Below, piece by piece: positions 52,430-61,332 of a stretch of DNA of 64,000 nucleotides. Position 1 is the stretch's first letter. Each line of letters opens with the position of its first letter. A program made the translations under genes and the position numbers. The notes below the pieces were generated by a model. The model was not told the origin of the DNA, did no database searches, and worked only from the letters and a program-made list of their open reading frames with translations. Location of the stretch: positions 683-64,682 of the forward strand of contig CAVRSZ010000005.1 of NCBI GenBank assembly GCA_963723995.1, given 5' to 3'. Origin of the DNA: an uncultured Acidimicrobiales bacterium. GTDB lineage: Bacteria; Actinomycetota; Acidimicrobiia; Acidimicrobiales; SZUA-35.

Positions 52430-53216
52430 CGTCCCATCTTTTCACTGCCGCTGGGCGCCCTCCGGTCGATGGGTTCTTCTGGTCGCTGGTCTACTGGTCG
52501 CTGGAGGGGCGGCCGGAGCGCATGGACGCCGATGGCAACGGGATACCGTGCGAGACTCTACGAACCTGCCGTGGTTTCCACCGTGACGGTCGGCAACTGA
52601 CACCATCGGCCCGTGGCCGCCGAACCGGGGCCTCGGTCCACACCCGCCACCTCGAGCACGAACAGAGGGAGCGCGGGCGGGGCAGCGGTCTGGTGATTCG
52701 CTTGTTCGACAAGGTCGCTATTGCGTTGAAATCAGCGTTCTCCGGATCGGGCCATGTTCGGAAGCGATGGCAAGAATATCGAGGTTCTATTGCATTCCCT
52801 TCCACTGTAGGGCATTGTGACCTTTGGCGGGTTGGGAAGATGTGATGCAATGCGCAAATTGCTGCTCTTTCTTGCCGCACGACTGGCGACAGTTCCTCGG
52901 TCGAGGGATAGGGAACCGTCACACATCCGGGTGATGGACACGCCGACGCGGAGCACTATTCCAGCAGCGCAGACAGGACGACAGGAACGGCGGACGGGAC
53001 CTGCGGCGAGGGTGAGTCCACCCATCTATCGCCGCTGCCAAGGTCGGATTTCGACCAAACGCCGCCCGCCAACCGCATCATTGAGACCTCTTGGCTCCGT
53101 CCGAGCCTGGGGCGACGGAGGGAGGCGCGAACCCAAGGAATGGTACCGCCCGTCGCAACGCTCGACTCAATGTAGCCGATGCTGCCGTTGCGGCGAAATG
53201 ATTCTGGGAGAATCCA

Positions 53217-56200
53217 ATGAAGCACCGCCCAGCAAGCCTGTTTGCGCTTGCCTTCGCATTCATGATCTTGGCGCCCATCTCGTCCACCGCGGCGCAAGTG
53301 CCCGGCACCGACATTCTCTACACGGTCGATGCCGACTTCGATTTGGGGACACTGGTAAGCGTCAATCACGACGCTCCCTACAACGACCAGTTGCAGCTGG
53401 ACTCACCGACCGAACCCTTCCCGTTCATCAACGTGGCCGCCTCGGGCCGGGGAACCGTGGTGCGGATCAACACCGAAACCGGCACGACTGTCGGTGAATA
53501 CCGCACCGCACCTGAAGGGCGCGGCCTCAATCCGTCCCGGACGACCGTCGACCTGTTCGGCAACGTGTGGACGGCCAACCGCGACGAAGTCGATGAGATC
53601 GGCGACCTACCCCACGGCTCGGCGGTCAAGATCGGCCTTATCGTCGGCGGCACGCGGGTCGATGCGGACGGCGTTGCCGACCCGGCCGGTGGGTACCTGG
53701 CGCCACCGTTCGGATACAACACCTGTGTCGACCGCGATGCCGACGGGCTGATCCGGACATCGACGGGACTTCTGGATGTGCTCGATTGGCCGGATGATTC
53801 CGACGGTGCCGGTGGTCCCGACGCGCTGGTGGAGGATGCCGAAGACGAGTGCATCCTCATCTACCAGCGCCTTCCCGACGCCGAGCAGGCGCGTCACGTC
53901 TCGGTGGATGCCGACAACAACGTCTGGGTGGGCGGTTATCCGTTCGAAACACGGATGTTCCACAAGCTGGATGGCTCGACGGGAGCCATCGTGGACTCAT
54001 TCGATGCCGGTGAGTTCGGTTGTGGCGGCTACGGCGGCCTGATCGACGGCAACGGCGTCCTCTGGTCGATCGGCGGGGGCACCAGCGAAGGGTCGCTCCT
54101 TCGCTACGACCCGGCGACCGGCACCGGATCGTGCGTCAATATCTACGGCGGCTACGGCCTCGGTATTGACACCAACGGATACGTATGGGGCTCGATCTGG
54201 AACAACGGCATCGCCAAGGTCTCACCGGCCGGGGTGCTGGTATCCGGCTTTCCGAAGTCGACGACGGCCACCTCGAGCACGACGATGGCGGCACCGTCTT
54301 CAATGGTCAGGGAAGCCATCACGGGGACGGGCTTGCCCGCAATACCCCTAGCGGAGCAGCCCGCAACGTCTAGCACGGGATTGCCGGCGATGTCGGTTGC
54401 ACTGCAGGCCGACCCACCGGAGACACCGACCTTCTGGGTGGCACCTCACGACGATTGGGTCGGGGCGATGAGTCCCTGGACGGCGGGGACGACGATCTCA
54501 TTGACCATCGAAGATGGCGGCGGCATCGTCTACACCGACACGCAGCCAACAGATGGTGACGGCAACTTCAACTTCAATCTGTGGGACCGGTTCGACGTGC
54601 AGCCCGGTCACGTCGTGACGGTTTCGGATGGAACGACCACCAAGACCCACACCGTGGTTGAACTGTACGTCGACGGTGTCGACGTGGCCGGCGATACGGT
54701 GTCCGGTCGGGCCGACCCGGGCTCCACCGTGGACGTCTGGGTGCACGATGACGGCAACCTCACCGTGACCGCCGACGGTTCGGGCAACTGGACCGCCGAC
54801 TTCTCCGGCACGACCGACCTCAGCTACCTCTCCGACGGCGGATCGGCTGTGTACGACCCGGACGGAGATGGAACCGGCGTCTGGTGGGCCGCTCCGAGGT
54901 TCCAGGTCTCACCCGACGACGACTGGGTACAGTGGAGCGGGAACTGGACCCCGGGGGCCACGATCTCGTTGACCATCGAAGATGGCAGCGGCGTCGTCTA
55001 CGCCGACTCCCAGACCGCCGATTCGCTCGGTCGCTTCAACTTCAACCTGTGGGACGTGTTCGATCTGCAGCGGAGCCAGGTGGTCACGGTGTCGGATGGA
55101 ACGACCACCAAGACCCACACGGTGATGAACCTATTCGCAGACCGTGTCGACGTGGCCGCCGATACGGTGTCCGGTCGGGCCGACCCGGGCTCCACCGTGG
55201 ACGTCTGGGTGCACGATGACGGCAACCTCACCGTGACCGCCGACGATTCGGGCAACTGGACCGCCGACTTCTCCGGCACGACCGACCTCACCTACCTCTC
55301 CGACGGGGGCTCCCAGCAGTGGGACGACGACGGCGATTCGACCGGCGACTGGTGGGCAACCCCGAGATTCCAGGTCCAACCCGACGACGATGGAGTTGGC
55401 AGCTGGGGATTCTGGACACCCGGCTCGACGATCTCGCTGATGATCGAGGACGAAACGGGGGTCGTGTACACCGACACCACGACGACCGACGTTCGAGGCG
55501 AATTCTGGTTCGGCATCCAGAACTTCGATGTCGAGCGGGGTCATGTCGTAACCGTCACCGACGGTACCACCACCAAGACCCATACGGTTCTGGACCTCTT
55601 CATCACCGATGTCGACGGCGCGGCCGACATCGTCCATGGCACGGCTGAACCAGGCTCCGACGTCGAGGTTCAGGTTCCGGGAGGCGATGACTACCGACTC
55701 CTGGTCACGGCCGACGGTTCGGGCAACTGGGCCACCGACTTCTCCGCCCTGGTCGACCTCACGCCGAACTCCGATGTTTTCGCCTGGCAGCAGGACGGGG
55801 AAGGCGACGTCACCTGGGTGTCGAGGCGGATACCGGCGTTCCGGGTCTGGCCCGACGCTGAGCACCTGGAAGGTGGAAGGTGGGAGGCCGACACACTCCT
55901 GAACATCTCCATTGATCATGGGGCCGCTGATCCCTACACGACCACCGTGACGACCAATCAGTGGGGTGACTTCGGCATCGACCTCTGGGACTTCGACATC
56001 CAAACCGGCCAGGTGATCACGATCACCGACGGAAGATGGACGAAGATCCACACGGTGACGGCCGTGGCGGTGCCGGACGGAGGGATCGACTACGCCGCCG
56101 ACACAGTCGCCGGAACCGCCAACCCCGACGCCGGGGTGGAGGTGTCCGCCTATCTCCTGGCGAACTGGTCGAGCCGCTGGCTCGAGGTGGACGGCAGCGG

Positions 56201-57314
56201 CAACTGGCTCGCCGACTTCTCGACGCCGTCTCAGGATCAACCCGCCTTCGACCTCACCGAGCAGACCTTCACCGACGTCGTCGAGTACGACGACGACGCC
56301 GACGCCACCGTTCGTAGCTACGGTCCGCCGGTTCAAGCGAACCGCGGCGTTGCGGTGACGCCGATCGACAACCACGTGTGGGTTGCCAACAGCGGGGTCG
56401 CCACGGTCACCCGGCTCGACAACGATGGCAACATCGTCAAGGTGATCGACGTCGGCACCGAGCCGACCGGTGTCGCCGTCGACAGCGCCGGCAAGGTGTG
56501 GGTCACGAACCTTGGTTCGGACAGCACGATGCGCATCGATCCGACGGCCGGGGCCGACGGCCTCGGGGCCGTCGATCTCACCGTTGATCTGGACCAGGGC
56601 GCAGCGCCCTACAACTACAGCGACATGACCGGCGCCGTGGTGGTGGGTTCGACGTCACCGCAGGGCCTCTGGACGGTCGTCCAGGACGCCGAGGAATCCG
56701 GGTTCGAATGGGGCCGGATCATCTGGAACACCGAACCGGAGGCATTCGAGCCTCCGGGAACGGCGATCATCGTAGAAGCCCGCACCGCCGACACAGAGGC
56801 GGGACTGGGCGGACAGCCCTTCGTGCCAGTGGTGAACGGCGAGTTGTTCTCGTCGTTCGGCCGCTACATCGAAGTGCGGGTGACGCTCAAGGCGAGCCCC
56901 GAAGGGGTAAGCCCAGTTCTGTCGGACATCCGGGTGCAGCCGGCGATCATCGAGGTCGACGTCGACATCAAGCCGGGCAGCTATCCCAACTCCATCAACA
57001 TCAAGCGCACCACCGGGGTGGTCCCGGTTGCGGTGTTGGGGAGCGCCGACTTCGACGTCACGACGATCGACGTGACGACGCTCCGCTTTGGTCCGTCGGG
57101 GGCCATGCCGTCACATGACCTGACGGAACCATCCGTCTACGAGGATCACCTGCAGGACGTGAACGAGGACGGCTACCCGGACCTCGTGAGCCACTATGTG
57201 GTGGCCGACATCGGTCTGACAAAGGGCGACACCGAGGCCTGTATCAGCGGAGCGACCCTGACAGGGATCCCGATTGCCGGTTGTGACTCGGTTCGCCTCA
57301 TCGGCAACGGCTGA
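53217..57314 (+). CDS. large secreted protein: Vgb/NHL-like beta-propeller interrupted by four ~156-aa beta-rich repeats
   Basis: Signal peptide; NPSRTTVD..GNVW, GVAVDSAGKVWV, PYNYSDMTG; C-terminal IKPGS.PNSIN...DVNEDGYPDLV domain. Confidence 0.85.
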   Translation: MKHRPASLFALAFAFMILAPISSTAAQVPGTDILYTVDADFDLGTLVSVNHDAPYNDQLQLDSPTEPFPFINVAASGRGTVVRINTETGTTVGEYRTAPEGRGLNPSRTTVDLFGNVWTANRDEVDEIGDLPHGSAVKIGLIVGGTRVDADGVADPAGGYLAPPFGYNTCVDRDADGLIRTSTGLLDVLDWPDDSDGAGGPDALVEDAEDECILIYQRLPDAEQARHVSVDADNNVWVGGYPFETRMFHKLDGSTGAIVDSFDAGEFGCGGYGGLIDGNGVLWSIGGGTSEGSLLRYDPATGTGSCVNIYGGYGLGIDTNGYVWGSIWNNGIAKVSPAGVLVSGFPKSTTATSSTTMAAPSSMVREAITGTGLPAIPLAEQPATSSTGLPAMSVALQADPPETPTFWVAPHDDWVGAMSPWTAGTTISLTIEDGGGIVYTDTQPTDGDGNFNFNLWDRFDVQPGHVVTVSDGTTTKTHTVVELYVDGVDVAGDTVSGRADPGSTVDVWVHDDGNLTVTADGSGNWTADFSGTTDLSYLSDGGSAVYDPDGDGTGVWWAAPRFQVSPDDDWVQWSGNWTPGATISLTIEDGSGVVYADSQTADSLGRFNFNLWDVFDLQRSQVVTVSDGTTTKTHTVMNLFADRVDVAADTVSGRADPGSTVDVWVHDDGNLTVTADDSGNWTADFSGTTDLTYLSDGGSQQWDDDGDSTGDWWATPRFQVQPDDDGVGSWGFWTPGSTISLMIEDETGVVYTDTTTTDVRGEFWFGIQNFDVERGHVVTVTDGTTTKTHTVLDLFITDVDGAADIVHGTAEPGSDVEVQVPGGDDYRLLVTADGSGNWATDFSALVDLTPNSDVFAWQQDGEGDVTWVSRRIPAFRVWPDAEHLEGGRWEADTLLNISIDHGAADPYTTTVTTNQWGDFGIDLWDFDIQTGQVITITDGRWTKIHTVTAVAVPDGGIDYAADTVAGTANPDAGVEVSAYLLANWSSRWLEVDGSGNWLADFSTPSQDQPAFDLTEQTFTDVVEYDDDADATVRSYGPPVQANRGVAVTPIDNHVWVANSGVATVTRLDNDGNIVKVIDVGTEPTGVAVDSAGKVWVTNLGSDSTMRIDPTAGADGLGAVDLTVDLDQGAAPYNYSDMTGAVVVGSTSPQGLWTVVQDAEESGFEWGRIIWNTEPEAFEPPGTAIIVEARTADTEAGLGGQPFVPVVNGELFSSFGRYIEVRVTLKASPEGVSPVLSDIRVQPAIIEVDVDIKPGSYPNSINIKRTTGVVPVAVLGSADFDVTTIDVTTLRFGPSGAMPSHDLTEPSVYEDHLQDVNEDGYPDLVSHYVVADIGLTKGDTEACISGATLTGIPIAGCDSVRLIGNG

Positions 57315-57327
57315 TCAACAGGCGGTT

Positions 57328-57361
57328 GAGGAGGGGGTCGGGTCCACCCGACCCCCTCCTC
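57328..57361. terminator. perfect GC hairpin after the large secreted protein gene
   Basis: GAGGAGGGGGTCGGGT-cc-ACCCGACCCCCTCCTC. Confidence 0.8.
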
Positions 57362-57531
57362 GTCAACTCCCAGCGGGGTCAGCAGGTGGGTGGCCAGGCC
57401 TCGGTACACAAGGAATGTCGAAGCACGGCCTTCCGCTCGATCAGGGCCGAGGAGCAGTCGAGTATCCATTTGGCAGCAGCACTACACTGAGTCGAACAAA
57501 CGACAAGGCGACGGAGCGGCGAGGTGGTCGT

Positions 57532-58410
57532 ATGTCCAACACAGACGAAGGTCGGATCAAAGTCGAGGACAGCTTCAGCATCTGGTACAAGGTTGTCGGT
57601 GACGGTGACGGCATTCCTCTGCTGACATTGCATGGTGGTCCGGGCGCTGGACACGACTACCTCGACTCGATCGTGGATCTGGCGGCGGATCGACCGGTAG
57701 TGTTTTTCGATTAGCTCGGCTGCGGTCGGTCAGACCAGCCCGACGATCCTTCACGATGGGTCATCGATCGGTTCACACGAGAGATCGACACAGTCCGGTC
57801 GGCGCTCGGGCTCGATCGCATTCATCTCTATGGGCACTCATGGGGTGGATGGTTGGCGATCGAGTACATCACAGGATCGCCGGATGGGATCGCATCTTTG
57901 GTCTTGGCCAGCACGTCGGCGAGCATCGCCGAATTCGCTGCCGAGTGCACCGCACTTCGCGCTGCCCTCCCGCCGGACGTCCAGGAGGTGCTCGAGCAGT
58001 ACGAGGCGGCCGGTGATTTCGAGGCCGAAGAGTACCAGGCGGCAGCGGGCCAGTTCTACAGACGTCAACTCTGCCGTTTGCAGGGGTGGCCGGAGTCGGT
58101 GATGCGCACTATCCAAGACCTGGACGGCAACCAGGTCTACCTCACCATGAACGGACCCAACGAGTTCACGACAATTGGTAACCTCAAAGACTGGGATCGG
58201 TCTGGTTCACTCCCTGATATTGGGGTGCCGACGCTGATCACCTGCGGGCGCTACGACGAAATCGGCCCAAACTGCGCCGCGACGCTTGGGGCTGGTATTC
58301 CCGATGCACAAGTGGTCGTGTTTGAACACAGTGCCCATATGGCGCACGTCGAAGAACGGCAGCGGTACATGCAGGTGCTCGGCGACTTCCTGCGCCAACA
58401 CGACAAGTAG
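57532..58410 (+). pseudogene. proline iminopeptidase family hydrolase with an in-frame TAG
   Basis: HGGPG, FD*LGCGRSD (TAG at 57712-57714 where Gln is expected), GHSWGG, MNGPNEF. Confidence 0.88.
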
Positions 58411-58470
58411 GCCCCCAACCGACCCAGTAGGCTCCTCGACGACCAGGACAGTTGGATCGGGTTGACTCGA

Positions 58471-58560
58471 AATCGCAATTCCGACCAATTTCACCATCCC
58501 CGCATGATCGGTTCACAGGCGTGCGGGATTGACGTCGCCGACCATGGTTGTGTCGCTGAG
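58471..58560. repeat. degenerate fifth att/arm copy
   Basis: ACCATC..GATCG.TTCACAGGCGTGCG..TGGTTG.GTCGCTG matches 45412-45477. Confidence 0.6.
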
Positions 58561-58575
58561 GATTGGGCCTTCCCC

Positions 58576-58916
58576 TGTTGGCCGGTCACCTCGATTAGGA
58601 GGTAGACATGTCAATCATGGAAGATTCACGACCGGCGCGTAGGACTCGTCGTTCGTTCACTGATGAGTTCAAAGCTGACGCGGTTCGGATGGTCATCGAG
58701 GAGGGCCGGTCGATCAAGAGCGTGGCCGACGGGCTCGATGTCGGGGAGTCGACGTTGGGGAACTGGGTTCGCCAGGCCCGGGTCGATGCCGGCGAACGAG
58801 AGGGTTTGACCACCGACGAACGCAAGGAACTGGCTCGGCTCCGCAAGGAGAACACCGAGTTGCGGATGGAACGAGATCTGCTCAAACGAGCAACGGCCTT
58901 CTGGGTGAAGGAATCG
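58576..58916 (+). mobile_element. IS3-family left end and orfA (orfB absent)
   Basis: TG-initiated end; RRSFTDEFKADAV, TLGNWVRQ, LRMERDLLKRATAFWVKES. Confidence 0.88.
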
Positions 58917-59453
58917 GTGCGCCACGAGGCGCTTTCGAACCGTGCGGTGATGAAAGGACACCGCCGTTGGGTCGTCGCAGCGGCCTGATGAAGCTGAGGG
59001 CAGCCTGAACCGGGGGACGCTGGGGAGGGTGGGAAGCAGCCCTGACGAAGCCGGGACGGGTCAGCACCGTCAGATGGCCCGGGTTCGGCAAGCAAGACGG
59101 AAAGGTGCACGTGAGAAACCAGTGTCTGAACGCTCCTCAAGTCACCCACCAGCTCGAACGTGACGGATCGGGGCTGGGTTGCAGCGCGTATCGGCCGGTG
59201 TTGACCGGTCGGGAACTCCGGGACTGGTTAGATTCGCTGGTCACAGAGGCCACGGTGAAGGCCTGCGGCGTAGCCGTGGCGATGCTGCAGGGGCAGAGCT
59301 GGGCGCCGATCCCGTCGAACGGTTCGAAGGTGAACGTGGGAACCATCCCGGCGGTCCCCTCCCGGTCAGCTGCCAGCTGGCCGGTGGGGAAGGCCCGTCG
59401 CCGGCTGATGCTGTCGGGGTGGGACGGAGGGCCCGTAGTAGTCCGAGACCGGG
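58917..59453 (+). mobile_element. group II intron 5' part (domain I to start of domain III)
   Basis: Starts GTGCG; GTGAACGTGGGAAC at the end of domain I; GGAGGGCCCGTAGTAGTCCGAGACCGGG at the entry to domain III. Confidence 0.8.
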
Positions 59454-59685
59454 GTGCGACACGAGGTCGCACGATCAAGTGAGTGAGTTGAGGAGGTTCG
59501 ACGTGTTGTCGGAGATGTAGCTCTGGGTTGGTGTCTGTGGCCTATCCCAGGCCTGACGTGCGTTGCGGGTGAGTGCGGGGTGCGAAGCTCAGGTTGTCAA
59601 GCCCAAGGGTTCCTGGCCCATCCAGGGAGCCACAGGCGAGGGGGAAGGCCGGACGGGTGAACGCCCTCAACCGAGGTGACCTCGA
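59454..59685 (+). mobile_element. 5' part of a second group II intron nested in the first
   Basis: GTGCGACACGAGGTCGCAC start interrupts the domain III hairpin. Confidence 0.65.
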
Positions 59686-60247
59686 AAGAGCGTCGGGCTC
59701 TGACAGTCGACGAGTGGCGAGCCCTCCACGACGCCGCGGCGGGAACGACCAAGCTGGTGGTCGACCTCGCCGGCCGTCACGGTCTCCGACCCCAGGAGCT
59801 GCGAGCCTTGCGCTGGTCCGCCGTCCGCCTCGACGCAAGAACCTTGTCCGTCGTCACTCGGTTCGACAGCCACGACCAGTTGTCGACCCGAAGACCACCG
59901 GCTCGACGAGAACCATCCACATGCACACCGAACTCGTCGATGCGCTGTCGACGTGGCGGGCCCGCCAACCCCACTACAACGGAGTCGACCTGGTCCTCAC
60001 CAGTCGGGTCGGAACTCCCATCCGCCAGGAGAACCTGCGCCGCTCGATCCGCGAGGCATGCCACAGGGCCGGGATCGAGGTTGTCACACCATACGAGCTA
60101 CGCCACACCGCCATCACCCACCAAGTCGAAGCCGCCCACGCCGTCACCGTTATCGCCGACTGGGCCGGCACCAGCGAAAAGATGATCTTCGAACACTACC
60201 GCCACCGGATGACCGACGTAGTCCAGTTGAGGGCACCAGACTTCTAG
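59685..60247 (+). pseudogene. tyrosine integrase catalytic domain, 5'-truncated and frameshifted
   Basis: GLRPQELRALRW, PKT..S.R, PYELRHT, EHY; frameshift near 59880. Confidence 0.88.
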
Positions 60248-60472
60248 GCAGCGGTCCCAACCCAAGATCCGGCAACCGGTTCGACGATTTCGGCGGCCGA
60301 TACCGGCCCGATCAGAAGCGGGAGATTCGGCAAGGTTTGCCGCTGCGTCCACCCGGTTTCGCAGGGGACGGACAGCACACGAGGCTCCCTGTTTGGCTCC
60401 CTCCGCCAGCTCAACCACCCAGAGTGGTCGCCCGGACACAAGAAGACCCGCCAGTTCTGGCGGGTTTCGGAC

Positions 60473-60515
60473 GAGCCTCCTGAGAGAATCGAACTCTCGA
60501 CCTTTTCCTTGCTAT
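60473..60515 (-). repeat. tRNA-Thr 3' half, att-like copy 4
   Basis: GAGCCTCCTGAGAGAATCGAACTCTCGACCTTTTCCTT; shares the CCCGCCAG..CTGGCGG hairpin flank with copy 1. Confidence 0.85.
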
Positions 60516-60687
60516 CTCGCTGGGGGCTCAGCGGGGACGTTTGCGGCTGTGCATTTCCGCTGAAACTAGCGGGTTTGGACGGAGTGGGCGATAGGCGAAC
60601 TGCGACGCACGCGGGATGTTCGCGGGATGGGCCGACTTCTCGCGGGTTCACTCGGATCGACCCGTCTGCGTATGCAGTCAACCGGCG

Positions 60688-61180
60688 TCACCAGCGAACA
60701 TCAGGGAAACAACCCTTGCCGAAGCGCCGGTACCAACGATTTCCGCCTGGAAAATCGGTGCGATCCCATATGATGCCGGAGGGGTAGAGCATCTCGCTGC
60801 CCGGTTCGTACCACTCCTGGGCCACCGCAACGGCGTCGGGTTCAGCAATTGCCTCCATTGCGGCCATCCCGATCGGCATCGGTCGCCTCGGCGTAATAGA
60901 AGCGACCCAAGTAGTCGCCGGCTGGCGGCAGTGCGTCAAAGTCCTCGAATCCATCCACAGTCGGCCCGAGAATGATGACACCGTTGTACCTTCCTGGGTC
61001 GTAGTCGATGAAGATCCGACCCATAGCGTCGACAGGTTCGTCGACGCCAACTGACGTCTCGTCGTAGTACGGTCCCTCCCCTGCGGCTGGAAACGATACG
61101 TCGGTGCGGCTGTTGTACCCCTTCAGCCGATTGTGGAGGCCGCGGGCATTGGCTGAGCCACCGTGGTGGTTTCGAGGGTG
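60688..61180 (-). pseudogene. fragmented hypothetical gene
   Basis: Coding-like segments in two overlapping frames; no recognisable family. Confidence 0.35.
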
Positions 61181-61332
61181 CCACCGACTCCGACCGAGAT
61201 CATGGGCATATCGGGCCACCCAGTTCCAGGGCGACCTGGAAGCAGGCCTCACAGGTTCGGTTGGACGCCGTCGGCGGCGGCCACGGCCCGACCGGACGTC
61301 GGTTGGCGCCAAGACATCACCCGACCTGCGGA

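Noticed and set aside
54430..56330. Diversity-generating retroelement template/variable repeat pair
   Set aside because: The repeats are in-frame protein domains, the differences are not adenine-specific, and no RT gene is present
57712..57714. Pyrrolysine or amber recoding
   Set aside because: No pyl genes seen, TAG terminates other genes normally here, and the position is a conserved Gln
45375..60515. CRISPR array or intact tRNA genes at the 43-bp repeats
   Set aside because: Spacing is kilobases, there are no cas genes, and each copy lacks the tRNA 5' half
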